64,000 nt of DNA from a virus, in the IMG/VR virus record IMGVR_UViG_3300045988_166055, positions 64,001 through 128,000 of that record; one strand, 5' to 3'. Shown piece after piece: positions 10,195-19,762 of the stretch. The notes below the pieces were generated by a model that saw nothing but the letters and a program-made list of their open reading frames with translations, searched no databases and was not told the origin of the DNA. Position numbers and translations under genes: made by a program. Positions within the stretch are counted from its first letter, which is position 1. Each line of letters opens with the position of its first letter.

Positions 10195-10731
10195 ATGAAA
10201 AGATACATCAGAGCATCTTCTAATCTTCGTCAGTCAGAATACAACGAGTATCTTATGAAGCACATAAACGGAGTAAATACAGCGTGGCGTGATATTCTGT
10301 ATCCTGCTATCCTTACCGATAGTGACGAAGATGTTGATCAGATTACAAAGGTAATTGATTTGGTTGCTAATCATGATAAGTCAAAATATCAGAAGGATGA
10401 ATATGATGCGTATCTGAATTACTTTTATCCTGATAGAAACAACAAGAAAGATTCAAACGCATTTGATATGGCTTTACTACTGCATCAAAAGCGAAACCAT
10501 CATCATTGGCAGTATTGGTGCCTTATTAGAGATGAAGGCGAAGTCAAAGCAATGGATATGCCTTTTGAGTATATTTGCGAAATGTTGTGTGACTGGAGTT
10601 CGTTTCAATTTGTATTTGATCCAAAGTCAACTGCAAACAAATGGTATAAAGATAATAAGAATAAGATGATTCTATCTGATAATACTAGAAAGGAAGTTGA
10701 AAGACTTCTTTCAATAGCACCTGAACTGTAA
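10195..10731 (+). CDS. HD-like small protein embedded in the tail module
   Basis: VANHDKSKY plus HQKRNHHHW His-rich motifs. Confidence 0.4.
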   Translation: MKRYIRASSNLRQSEYNEYLMKHINGVNTAWRDILYPAILTDSDEDVDQITKVIDLVANHDKSKYQKDEYDAYLNYFYPDRNNKKDSNAFDMALLLHQKRNHHHWQYWCLIRDEGEVKAMDMPFEYICEMLCDWSSFQFVFDPKSTANKWYKDNKNKMILSDNTRKEVERLLSIAPEL

Positions 10732-10744
10732 GGTGGTGTCATAA

Positions 10745-12205
10745 TTGGCTAAACATTGTTTTTGCAACTTTTTTCTTGCAGGAGTGGCTATTACAGACTT
10801 TGGGCTTGTAATCCCTTCTCCATTTACATCATTATCATTAAGTAACAGCGAGATATCATCAATGACTCAATGGACTCTTGATTGCATTGTTGGAGGAGAT
10901 GACAAAAGAAGAATAAACATTTCAGCTTTTGAAGCTCTTCTATACACATCAGCACAGAATGCAAGCAACTATTCAAATTCATCTGGAATACCTGTTTCAT
11001 TCCTGTTCGGATGGTTAGATGAAAATGGGAGTGTATTAGAATCTCTTTCTTATCAAGGCTTTACATTAACCTTCAAAGTTTCCACATCTGGTAGATACAT
11101 GAAATATTCCATTACGGGTTATGCTTCGCTTGCTATACAAACAAGTTTACCTGTATTAAGAGTTCCAGAGCTTTCTGGGATAGTACAACCATCAGCAGTT
11201 GTTGAGGGGCTAGCAGTAGCAGTGAAAGCTACTAACTACTATGATCTAGATATTGATCATTGCGATCAACCTACACTCGTTAATCACGGAGCAATGACAA
11301 CATCATTCAATAGTTATGTTAGAGGAACCTATTCAGGAAAAGACGATTACGAAACGTTTCCAGGGTTACTTAAACTGTCAAAATCTTACAATGCTTCTAG
11401 AGATTCTGCAGGTCTTGATAGCTACAAAGTTAGAAAACTAAGTCAAGCTATCAACAACAGAAAAGTAAGTCCGCTTTCAAATTTCTTGAAAACAAGTTTT
11501 ACAGATACAAAGCCACAAAGTTCGTCTTTCTCTTATTGGGTAGACGAACCAACTATGACAATCAGAGGTTGTATACATTATAAGAGCAACGCAGGTCTCC
11601 TTGGCACATACACAAAAGATACTCTTGAGTATGGTACAGCTAACACAAATGTTCTTACATTGTCAGGTTCATACAATGGTGTCGCTTATAACATGACTGA
11701 TATGAACTATACACAAGTTGGGTTCAATGTTGATGGCAGCGGTAACACTATTGCTCAAGATTATCAAGTTGTCAATAGCTGGAGTAGTACACTTGCAGAT
11801 GTATTTCAATCTGCTAACATCATAAATGATGTGAATGCAATTGCTTCTCAATTCAGTGGAGACTTTACAGTAACTATTCCTGGTAGCACAAATAAGTACA
11901 ATATTGCTCAGCCTATATCCTTACTTGTAATGTCAGGGAACACAATATCTCCTATAACCGGAGTATACAACATAATTTCTGTATCACATGATATCAGTTC
12001 GACATTCGTTACAACATTAAAGCTCCAAAGACTTGTTATGAGCTCAGCTAATCAGGTTGCAGCTCAGCAAGGAATATTGATAAGAGGAAGTTCATCATAT
12101 CCTAAACTTTCGTACTCAAAAACAAAAAACATAGTATCTACTTCAAAAGTTGATTTCGGAACAATTTATCCTGACTTCACATATATGTCAGGGACATATA
12201 TCTAA
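10745..12205 (+). CDS. baseplate hub / late-control-D-like protein (XkdQ type)
   Basis: TTG start 8 nt after AAGGTGG; position between the LysM protein and the baseplate wedge genes. Confidence 0.45.
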   Translation: MAKHCFCNFFLAGVAITDFGLVIPSPFTSLSLSNSEISSMTQWTLDCIVGGDDKRRINISAFEALLYTSAQNASNYSNSSGIPVSFLFGWLDENGSVLESLSYQGFTLTFKVSTSGRYMKYSITGYASLAIQTSLPVLRVPELSGIVQPSAVVEGLAVAVKATNYYDLDIDHCDQPTLVNHGAMTTSFNSYVRGTYSGKDDYETFPGLLKLSKSYNASRDSAGLDSYKVRKLSQAINNRKVSPLSNFLKTSFTDTKPQSSSFSYWVDEPTMTIRGCIHYKSNAGLLGTYTKDTLEYGTANTNVLTLSGSYNGVAYNMTDMNYTQVGFNVDGSGNTIAQDYQVVNSWSSTLADVFQSANIINDVNAIASQFSGDFTVTIPGSTNKYNIAQPISLLVMSGNTISPITGVYNIISVSHDISSTFVTTLKLQRLVMSSANQVAAQQGILIRGSSSYPKLSYSKTKNIVSTSKVDFGTIYPDFTYMSGTYI

Positions 12206-12765
12206 TGGTGACAAAAATGAAAATACTGAACTGCATTCTTACAAACAATGATATAGAATATCCTGAAGTAGGAACAAAGTATGGATTTGGGAGAACCGAA
12301 GACGATATTCACACAGGAGTAAATATAAAGTGTAAAAATGTTTACTCTATATGCGACGGTGTTGTTATTGATTCGGCAAAGTATAAAAATGGATATCTGG
12401 TTTTGATTCAATATGACAATACAATTTGTTTGTTGTACAGTATGCTTCGAGAGTCGTTTGTTGTTCCTGGGCAACTTATCCGAAAGGGTACAATTTTAGG
12501 AACAACAGACGACTTTGTCCATTTTGAATATTTGAGAACAGATAAAAATCCTCTTAGTTTAACATTTATATATAAATCAATAGCACTACATCCTAACGAA
12601 CCTAAAGAAGTTCTTGACGGCTCATACAATTTCTATTCATCAATAGAGACAAGATACAGCAACTATTCTCTAGAAGGAGATTATTCTACTGAAATTATTA
12701 CAGATTTTAGCAAGCTTCCTCCTTCATTTTTGGCAGAAACTGCAAGCATGGGAGAGGGTGAGTAA
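12205..12765 (+). CDS. M23/LytM-like peptidase domain protein (possibly degenerate)
   Basis: IHTGVNI ... GYLVLIQYDN ... GTILGTTDDFVHFEY resembles the HxxxD ... HxH layout, with substitutions. Confidence 0.5.
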   Translation: MVTKMKILNCILTNNDIEYPEVGTKYGFGRTEDDIHTGVNIKCKNVYSICDGVVIDSAKYKNGYLVLIQYDNTICLLYSMLRESFVVPGQLIRKGTILGTTDDFVHFEYLRTDKNPLSLTFIYKSIALHPNEPKEVLDGSYNFYSSIETRYSNYSLEGDYSTEIITDFSKLPPSFLAETASMGEGE

Positions 12766-12767
12766 GG

Positions 12768-13973
12768 TTGCCTAGTTACTCAAATAGTAGTTTAGCTACA
12801 GTGAAGATACTAACAAAAAATTATGGAAGCAGAACAGATAGCAGATTCAATAATCCATCTGGAGTAATTGATCATATTGTTATTCACCACATGGCAGGTG
12901 TAATGTCTGCAGAAAGTTGTGGTAACTGGTTCAAATATGGTACCGATGGAGCATCCTCAAATTATGGAATAGGAAGAGATGGAGATATTGGACTATATGT
13001 AGAGGAAAAGAATAGGTCATGGGCAACATCGAGTGGAAAGATTGATTGCAGAGCAGTAACAATAGAAGTTTCAAATAGTGTTGCCGGTGGTGAATGGCCT
13101 GTAAGTGATGCGTCATATAAATCGCTGATAAAACTTGTTGCAGATATTTGCAAGAGAAACGGAATAAAACGATTGAACTATACAGGTGACAAATCTGGAA
13201 ACTTACATATGCACAAATGGTATGCTTCTACAGCCTGCCCTGGACCATATTTAGAAGCAAGATTTCCTGATATAGCTAATCAAGTAAATAATATTTTATC
13301 AAATCCTTCATATAATCCTACTAGGTCACCGTCGTCGGTAAACATAAGTATAGATTCAAGTATACCTGCTGATACAACAACTGCTTATGCTTTAGCTGTA
13401 AATGGAGGAATACTTCCATCACCTGAACAAATAGACCCATATGTAATAACAATAAATAGAAAAGTAAAATCAGTAGACTTCAAGAAGATAAAAGAACTTG
13501 GAGTAATAGGGGTAGTTGTTGAATTAGGTTTCCTATTTGATTCAACGCATTCAAAAGTTGAATTTAGAAATCCTAATTTAATAAATCAGATACATATGAT
13601 TCAGGACGAAAATCTTCTATACGGTATGTATTTCAACGGAAGAGCAAGAACATTACAAGAAGCTAAAGAAGAAATGTATGAAGTGTATCTTGCTGTAAAA
13701 TCATTTCATCCTAATTTAGGGTTCTGGGTAGTTCCGTCATTCACATTCAACAAAACAAAAAATGATGAAATACTAAAGTTATACAAAGAGACATTAGAAG
13801 AACTCGGACTTAAGGGTCAGATAGGTCTATACACTAAACGTGAAGAATTAAAGAAGATAGACTGGGAAAAGGATTCGGAAGATTGGTTGCTTTGGATTGA
13901 CGATCATATTGATGCTTTTAACAACATAACTGAACTTCTTACACCTATGTTCTTTGCATACAATAATCAATGA
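12768..13973 (+). CDS. virion-associated N-acetylmuramoyl-L-alanine amidase with GH25-like C-terminal half
   Basis: IVIHHMAG...NYGIGRDG...AVTIEVSN...TACPGPYL; N-terminal half is a paralogue of endolysin 33325-34563; TTG start supported by the shared MP.Y.NSSL N-terminus. Confidence 0.8.
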   Translation: MPSYSNSSLATVKILTKNYGSRTDSRFNNPSGVIDHIVIHHMAGVMSAESCGNWFKYGTDGASSNYGIGRDGDIGLYVEEKNRSWATSSGKIDCRAVTIEVSNSVAGGEWPVSDASYKSLIKLVADICKRNGIKRLNYTGDKSGNLHMHKWYASTACPGPYLEARFPDIANQVNNILSNPSYNPTRSPSSVNISIDSSIPADTTTAYALAVNGGILPSPEQIDPYVITINRKVKSVDFKKIKELGVIGVVVELGFLFDSTHSKVEFRNPNLINQIHMIQDENLLYGMYFNGRARTLQEAKEEMYEVYLAVKSFHPNLGFWVVPSFTFNKTKNDEILKLYKETLEELGLKGQIGLYTKREELKKIDWEKDSEDWLLWIDDHIDAFNNITELLTPMFFAYNNQ

Positions 13974-13984
13974 GGTGATTATTT

Positions 13985-15670
13985 ATGGCCTTCAAGCCTA
14001 GGACAACTGCACCGAATAAAGGGGACTACTATTGGTACGGAGGTAGCCCATTCTATCCTTCATATGGTATGCCAAACTGTACAACATATGCTTGGGGCAG
14101 GTTCTGGGAGATACTAGGAGAAAGACCTAAACTTTGTACAGGTAATGCCGGAACATGGTACAGCTACACTCAGGATGGATACAAAAGAGGAAGTAAACCT
14201 GCATTAGGCGCTGTAGCTTGTTGGGCAAAACCGGGAGCAGCCGGTCATGTAGCAATAGTCGAGAAAATAAACTCAGATGGTTCTATTGTTACTTCTGAAA
14301 GCGGTTGGAAATCGTCTACCTTTTGGTGGACATCCACAAGGTGGCCAAATAATTATGCAAATAACGCATACACATTTCAAGGATTTATATACAATCCGGC
14401 TGTAAGCTCATCATCTAATTCAGAAGATAATGTACTAGCAAAATTCTTACAAGCTGCTAGATCAAAGATAGGTCAAGATGGAACATGGGCATGGTCTACA
14501 TCTGGATTATCAAAACCTCAACCATGGTGTGCAGCATTTGTTGTAGCTTGTGCAAAAGCTGTAGGAGTATTAGGAAAAATAATTCCTACTGACTATGGTG
14601 CTGGAAGTTTATGTAGAACAGGCGTAGCAAACGGCTGGGGAAAGTTCTATACAGGTCCTTGGCATGGAACAAATTTCAAACCTCAGCCCGGTGACATGAT
14701 TGTATATAGATGGGACAGTAGGTCATCCTATTCAGGGCATGACAAATACTATTCAGATCATATAGGTATTGTAGAGTCATTTGACGGATCGGTTGTTCAT
14801 ACAATAGAAGGAAACTCGGGTCCTGGAGGAAGCAATGAAAAAAGAAAAGTTGTTACGCATAATTATGATTATACATATAGTTGTATAAACGGATACTACA
14901 GACCTGATTGGGAGAAAGTAGGAGGATTTGTTGGCGGGCTAGGCAGTGGATCATCAGGGTACATTGGTCCTCTATATGATTACCAAAACACAAAGCAAGA
15001 TTCAATAATAAGAGAGATAGGATACTTGAATTCCTCATCAGAACCTTCTATAAAAACATCTGATATTAAATTATCTGTAGTTAACTATACATCATTGTTC
15101 ACTGCAATGTATAATTCTGCTGCTTCTAGTGTTTTAGGTTCGTCAAGATACATTGTTTCTTCAGATTTAGATCTAAGCAATGTTGAATCTGTTGCAAGAG
15201 AGATAGTTAAGTTCTGTATGACGAAGGGTCTCCCATCTTCATCTGGCGTAGGAATTGTAGCTAATATATACGCGGAATGCTCATTGAATATATCGTTAGG
15301 GCCAATAATGGACAGTAACGGTCAGTATTCTGGTGGTATGTGTATGTGGAATGGAGATAACTGGAGAGCTTTCTTACAATTTGTTGGAAGTGATTGGAAG
15401 ACAGATTTATCAGGACAATGTGAATTTTTATTTCATTACATTGATCAAAACTATTCTTGGTACAAGAGTCTTGTAAAGCGGTACTACGGATCAAATCTTG
15501 GATTAGTTGAATATCTTTCTCAGCTTCCAAATACAGAAGAAGGCGCTAAGAAAGCTGCAGATGTCTTTGTAAGATGCTATGAAAGACCTGCAAACATGGA
15601 TTATCAATCTTCTAAGCGTCAAGGCTTTGCATCAGACTTCTGGAAGAAACTGACACCAATATTGAGGTAG
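13985..15670 (+). CDS. tail lysin: two CHAP/NlpC-P60-type domains plus a tail-lysozyme-like C-terminal domain
   Basis: NCTTYAWGR...GHVAIVE; WCAAFV...DHIGIVE...TIEGNSG; C-terminal GIVANIYAECS...GGMCMWNG...YERPA. Confidence 0.8.
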   Translation: MAFKPRTTAPNKGDYYWYGGSPFYPSYGMPNCTTYAWGRFWEILGERPKLCTGNAGTWYSYTQDGYKRGSKPALGAVACWAKPGAAGHVAIVEKINSDGSIVTSESGWKSSTFWWTSTRWPNNYANNAYTFQGFIYNPAVSSSSNSEDNVLAKFLQAARSKIGQDGTWAWSTSGLSKPQPWCAAFVVACAKAVGVLGKIIPTDYGAGSLCRTGVANGWGKFYTGPWHGTNFKPQPGDMIVYRWDSRSSYSGHDKYYSDHIGIVESFDGSVVHTIEGNSGPGGSNEKRKVVTHNYDYTYSCINGYYRPDWEKVGGFVGGLGSGSSGYIGPLYDYQNTKQDSIIREIGYLNSSSEPSIKTSDIKLSVVNYTSLFTAMYNSAASSVLGSSRYIVSSDLDLSNVESVAREIVKFCMTKGLPSSSGVGIVANIYAECSLNISLGPIMDSNGQYSGGMCMWNGDNWRAFLQFVGSDWKTDLSGQCEFLFHYIDQNYSWYKSLVKRYYGSNLGLVEYLSQLPNTEEGAKKAADVFVRCYERPANMDYQSSKRQGFASDFWKKLTPILR

Positions 15671-15677
15671 ATGAATT

Positions 15678-15977
15678 ATGATAGTATACGGATACGCAAT
15701 GAACTATCAATATACAAACGAGGGAACAATGCTCATTCAAGTAAGGATTCCTGCTATACATGGTCCTATGAATAAGAAGGAATACAAGGGTGCTAACATA
15801 CGAAATTACGTTAATGAGGAAAACCTCCCTTGGTATCAATCATTGTTATTGCCTAACAATCCATTAAGAGGTCAAGTAGTTGCATTATCATCACTAAATG
15901 ATACTCCAAATGATTTTCTTGTTCTAGGATTAACTGGTGGGCAGTATTCACCTGCAGGATTGAATACTATTGATTGA
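15678..15977 (+). CDS. small baseplate protein (XkdR/gpV-like position)
   Basis: 99 aa, directly upstream of the gp25/W-like gene. Confidence 0.4.
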   Translation: MIVYGYAMNYQYTNEGTMLIQVRIPAIHGPMNKKEYKGANIRNYVNEENLPWYQSLLLPNNPLRGQVVALSSLNDTPNDFLVLGLTGGQYSPAGLNTID

Positions 15978-15988
15978 GGTGAATTAAG

Positions 15989-16426
15989 ATGTATACAAAT
16001 TCATTAGCTTGGCCGTCAATGTTTGATGTTGCTAGAAACAAAGTTTCTGTTATAGAAGATAATCAATCAGTTGTAAATAGGTCAAAGCTCTTAATATTAA
16101 CTGATCCAACTGAGTTATATATGAATCCAAATTTTGGAGTAGGATTGAAAAAGTACTTATGGCAGTACAACACAGCCAATCAGAAAGAAAGAATAAAAGA
16201 CGATATAGTTTCTCAACTTAGATTACATGAACCGTGTTCAATTCCTGAAGAAACTCAGATTTCAGAAGGCCTCTTGTTTACAGGAACATCTGATGTAGAA
16301 ACAACAAAAGATACTCAGCAGTCACTGAAGATGACTTTAGCAATAAAAACAACATATGGATCTACACTAAATATTGATACAGCTGATTTGCAATCAATAG
16401 TAGATTATTTCAATTCGTTGACATGA
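15989..16426 (+). CDS. baseplate wedge protein, gp25/gpW-like
   Basis: LILTDPTELYMNPNFGVGLKKYLWQ matches the gp25-type motif; gene order. Confidence 0.65.
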   Translation: MYTNSLAWPSMFDVARNKVSVIEDNQSVVNRSKLLILTDPTELYMNPNFGVGLKKYLWQYNTANQKERIKDDIVSQLRLHEPCSIPEETQISEGLLFTGTSDVETTKDTQQSLKMTLAIKTTYGSTLNIDTADLQSIVDYFNSLT

Positions 16427-16444
16427 CGAAGGAGGATACATCAA

Positions 16445-18328
16445 ATGGCGGAAAATGGGCTCATAAGTTACACATCAAGAGATTATAATTCTCTTGTAAA
16501 TGAATTTTGGTCTTTGGTTCCAAAACTAACAGAACTTTGGAAACCCGAAGCTGATGCGGATCCAGGTGTTGTGCTTGGAAAGTATCTCGCTTCTGTTGCT
16601 GATATGCTTGGTGTCAATCTAGACTTTATGGCGAATGAAGTATTTGCTCCTTCAGTTTCTCAACGAAAAAACGCTGAGAAACTTTTCAGTTTGATTGGAT
16701 ATGAATTAGGATTCTATACAGCTGCAAGAACAGAAGTAACTTTCACAAATACTTCTAATGAAACAATGACAATTGATTTTGGATTCAACGGAAGTAACTT
16801 CTGCACTCTTAACGCTTATACAGATATTACAAATCAATCTAGAGTAATAACATACAATATTCTCCCTCTTACAAATAAGTATGGTACAAAGGAAACAAGA
16901 AGTCAGCGAACTGTACTTACTGAAAATATAAATGTGTTTGTTGATTCAGATATTGTTCATCTTGATCCAGGCGAAAGCTGCACAAGAGTAGCAATAGAGG
17001 GAGAGCTTCGTAGTTATAGTGTTTCGGTAGAAAAAATAAAGTCAAGTAACTACATAATAAAGCTTCCGTCGCAGCACATTGATACAACAGCTATTTGGGT
17101 GAAAGCAAAGACAAGCCAAAATGCAGATGATTTCTTGTCTACTCAGTGGATTCAATGCAACAGCCCTGCAGAATTTATTCAGCCTGAACCTAGATTCTCA
17201 GTAACATATGATAATTATTCAAATGCACAGATTCAATTCTCAAACTATCTTAACCAGCTTGAGAACTATGATAAAAACTGGATAACTATTTATTGGATTG
17301 ACTGCTCAGGTGTAATTGGATGCGTAGGTGAAAATGTTTTACAAGATTTCATGCCTGCAAAATCTGGGCAATATATTGATAGCGACTCAGGTGAATTTTC
17401 TATATCAAACTTATCAAATACTGTTGAGCTGCCTCATAGCTATACAGTAACAGGTAAGAGCCCTGAGACAGCTCGTGAAGCGTATTTCAACAGCAGAAAC
17501 TATATCAATACCTTTGACAGCTTAGTAACACTTCCCGACTTCAACAGATTTCTTAATAGAGAACCTGGAGTAGACTGCGGAGTTGTAATTGACTGTCAGA
17601 AAGCGCTTGAAATAAATCTTGCTATATACAATGATAAGAATCTAACAGATTCACAGAAGTCTAAGATGTATCTAACAAAGTATGATTTCCCTGAAGGAGA
17701 TCCAACACTTGATTGGAATTCAGTACTTGGGCTTGGGTTTGATCCATCTGATCCAAACAAGTTTGTATTTGCAACAAACTTCAAGAGGTACACAGCAATG
17801 TGCTTTGCAATACATAATGATTTCTTATCGAGTAATTACGGTTCAGGGCAGATGAATAACTCTCAGATAAAGAGGAAGACAAACTTCATTCAGTATAAAC
17901 CGCCTATTCAGTTCATTGATAATGTTGTAAGAGATTACAAACCGCTGCAAGCAATGACAGTTGATCTTCAGTTTGGCTGGTTAAGAATATTTAACTTCTA
18001 TATTGTTGGAACAATAACACCTAAGAAGTCTCTTGACAAGGATACAGCAGCTGTTATCATCAACAAGGTCAAAGAGAACCTTGCAATTTACTTCTCTCCA
18101 GCAAATAGAAATATCGGAGTCAAACCTACACTAATGGAAATTATAGATGTAGTTGAAAATAGCGATTCTAGAATAAGACATTTTGATCCAGGCAGTGCAA
18201 AGACATTGGGCATTGTTTGGTCTGATTGTGACATTGAATATTTTAACTACATCAGCTTTGCTAGATATACACCAGATGTAGCATCAGCAATGGCAATAAG
18301 GATAAATCCTGAGTATCTAAGTAATTAA
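16445..18328 (+). CDS. baseplate J-like protein
   Basis: N-terminal YTSRDYNSLVNEF...DADPGVVLGKYLASVADMLGVNLDF typical of the J family; size; order after the W-like gene. Confidence 0.7.
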   Translation: MAENGLISYTSRDYNSLVNEFWSLVPKLTELWKPEADADPGVVLGKYLASVADMLGVNLDFMANEVFAPSVSQRKNAEKLFSLIGYELGFYTAARTEVTFTNTSNETMTIDFGFNGSNFCTLNAYTDITNQSRVITYNILPLTNKYGTKETRSQRTVLTENINVFVDSDIVHLDPGESCTRVAIEGELRSYSVSVEKIKSSNYIIKLPSQHIDTTAIWVKAKTSQNADDFLSTQWIQCNSPAEFIQPEPRFSVTYDNYSNAQIQFSNYLNQLENYDKNWITIYWIDCSGVIGCVGENVLQDFMPAKSGQYIDSDSGEFSISNLSNTVELPHSYTVTGKSPETAREAYFNSRNYINTFDSLVTLPDFNRFLNREPGVDCGVVIDCQKALEINLAIYNDKNLTDSQKSKMYLTKYDFPEGDPTLDWNSVLGLGFDPSDPNKFVFATNFKRYTAMCFAIHNDFLSSNYGSGQMNNSQIKRKTNFIQYKPPIQFIDNVVRDYKPLQAMTVDLQFGWLRIFNFYIVGTITPKKSLDKDTAAVIINKVKENLAIYFSPANRNIGVKPTLMEIIDVVENSDSRIRHFDPGSAKTLGIVWSDCDIEYFNYISFARYTPDVASAMAIRINPEYLSN

Positions 18329-18342
18329 GGAGGAATTGATCT

Positions 18343-19461
18343 ATGGACATGAAAAATGTTTCTGTCCCCGAAGTTTATAAGTCCAGTCAGGACTTCAGAT
18401 TCTTCCTAGATTGGTTTGAAAAAGCACTAGGTCAGATAAAGTATGACACAGAAAATCTAATTGACTGCTTTGATCCACTAAGATGCAAAGAGGATCTCTT
18501 GTGGTTACTTGGTGACACCATAGGATTCAAATATGATGATAGATTATCAGCAGCATATAACCGTCTTGTTATGCTCTATTTCATGTCTATGATAAAGAAC
18601 AAGGGATCTAAAGATGGAGTAACATTAGCTGCGGAAGTCAATCTTGCACAATTTAGTGTAATAAATTACGGGAAAGAAAAGGACATTCTTCAAAACAGAC
18701 TGGAAGATACTTCTATTCCTGTAAATGCTGTTTATGTATCTAGCGATGTAGAAAATGGGTTCATTGATATAGTTTATTTTACATCAAACGATGTTCCAAT
18801 TGACGCTTGTATAGAGTATGTAAGGCCATTAGGTATGTACTGCTTCCAGCATTCAGGTGTTAGGTTCGACGGAAGAACAAAAATATCAATTGATGCAAGA
18901 CTTACAAATGAGAATGAGAAAAGTAAACTTTCTAACTTTGTTACTCATGTAGGACATTACAGTAGAAATGATTATGCAAGAATGCAGAAGATGAAAAACG
19001 AATATCTTCACGAAGTTAACAAAGACGATAAAAGAAGGTACGCATGGTACCGAAATTCTGATGTTGAAGATAGACCAGATGAAGAAATTGATCCAGGGTA
19101 CAGATCTCTTTATTCGCTTCAGATGGCCAACAACGAACACATAGTTAAGTCACTGCTTGAACCTATATTTGGTCTAGGTAAGGAACCGCTCAAGGTAGAA
19201 ACTACTGTACCTGATAATTATGTTATAAGTAATGATGAGCCTCCTTACAATCTAAGATATGATAAAGATAAAGAAGAATCAGTTTCAAAGGATATTTATA
19301 CAATTGATCAAGATCGATCTGAAAATATCCTCAATCCTCGTCCTGCTGTAAGCCCTATAATGTCCGAGCTAGGTTCAGCAGTTTTCTTAGACGATGGAAA
19401 GACATATCTTGTTAGGGATGAAAATGGAAACATAATTAAGAAAACACTTCCAGAAGAATGA
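18343..19461 (+). CDS. baseplate/tail protein, gpI/XkdU-like position
   Basis: Follows the J-like gene; 372 aa. Confidence 0.45.
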   Translation: MDMKNVSVPEVYKSSQDFRFFLDWFEKALGQIKYDTENLIDCFDPLRCKEDLLWLLGDTIGFKYDDRLSAAYNRLVMLYFMSMIKNKGSKDGVTLAAEVNLAQFSVINYGKEKDILQNRLEDTSIPVNAVYVSSDVENGFIDIVYFTSNDVPIDACIEYVRPLGMYCFQHSGVRFDGRTKISIDARLTNENEKSKLSNFVTHVGHYSRNDYARMQKMKNEYLHEVNKDDKRRYAWYRNSDVEDRPDEEIDPGYRSLYSLQMANNEHIVKSLLEPIFGLGKEPLKVETTVPDNYVISNDEPPYNLRYDKDKEESVSKDIYTIDQDRSENILNPRPAVSPIMSELGSAVFLDDGKTYLVRDENGNIIKKTLPEE

Positions 19462-19462
19462 T

Positions 19463-19483
19463 GAGAACCTTGTATCTTTATGA
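19463..19483 (+). promoter_or_regulatory. class B box
   Basis: GAGAACCTTGTATCTTTATGA; 15-nt identity (ATGAGAACCTTGTAT) with the box at 42231-42245. Confidence 0.5.
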
Positions 19484-19495
19484 ATCTTAAAGGAT

Positions 19496-19750
19496 GTGAT
19501 TTCATTGGCTGAAGATATCAAACGGATGGGAAATGGTCCGTGGAAGGAAGCTTCAGATGAAGATGTAGCTAAAGACGAAAAAGGATTTACAATGCCAAAT
19601 CTTCACAGAAGATTAGATCCTCAACAGCCTACGTCTTTATATGAAGTAGCTCCCAGAGAATATCAAATAGGTGTATACGAAAAAGATTCATACAGAACAA
19701 CAACAATAAATACTCATGATGAAGAATCTGAGTATGATGAGATTCCATAA
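19496..19750 (+). CDS. hypothetical protein (84 aa)
   Basis: GTG start after AAAGGA; start uncertain. Confidence 0.4.
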   Translation: MISLAEDIKRMGNGPWKEASDEDVAKDEKGFTMPNLHRRLDPQQPTSLYEVAPREYQIGVYEKDSYRTTTINTHDEESEYDEIP

Positions 19751-19762
19751 GGAGATGATTAC

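Noticed and set aside
9187-10669. Internal + strand overlapping ORFs (9187-9396, 10463-10669, 24306-24518, 24921-25103, 26815-27012)
   Set aside because: They are nested out of frame within longer, better-supported genes and have no SD.
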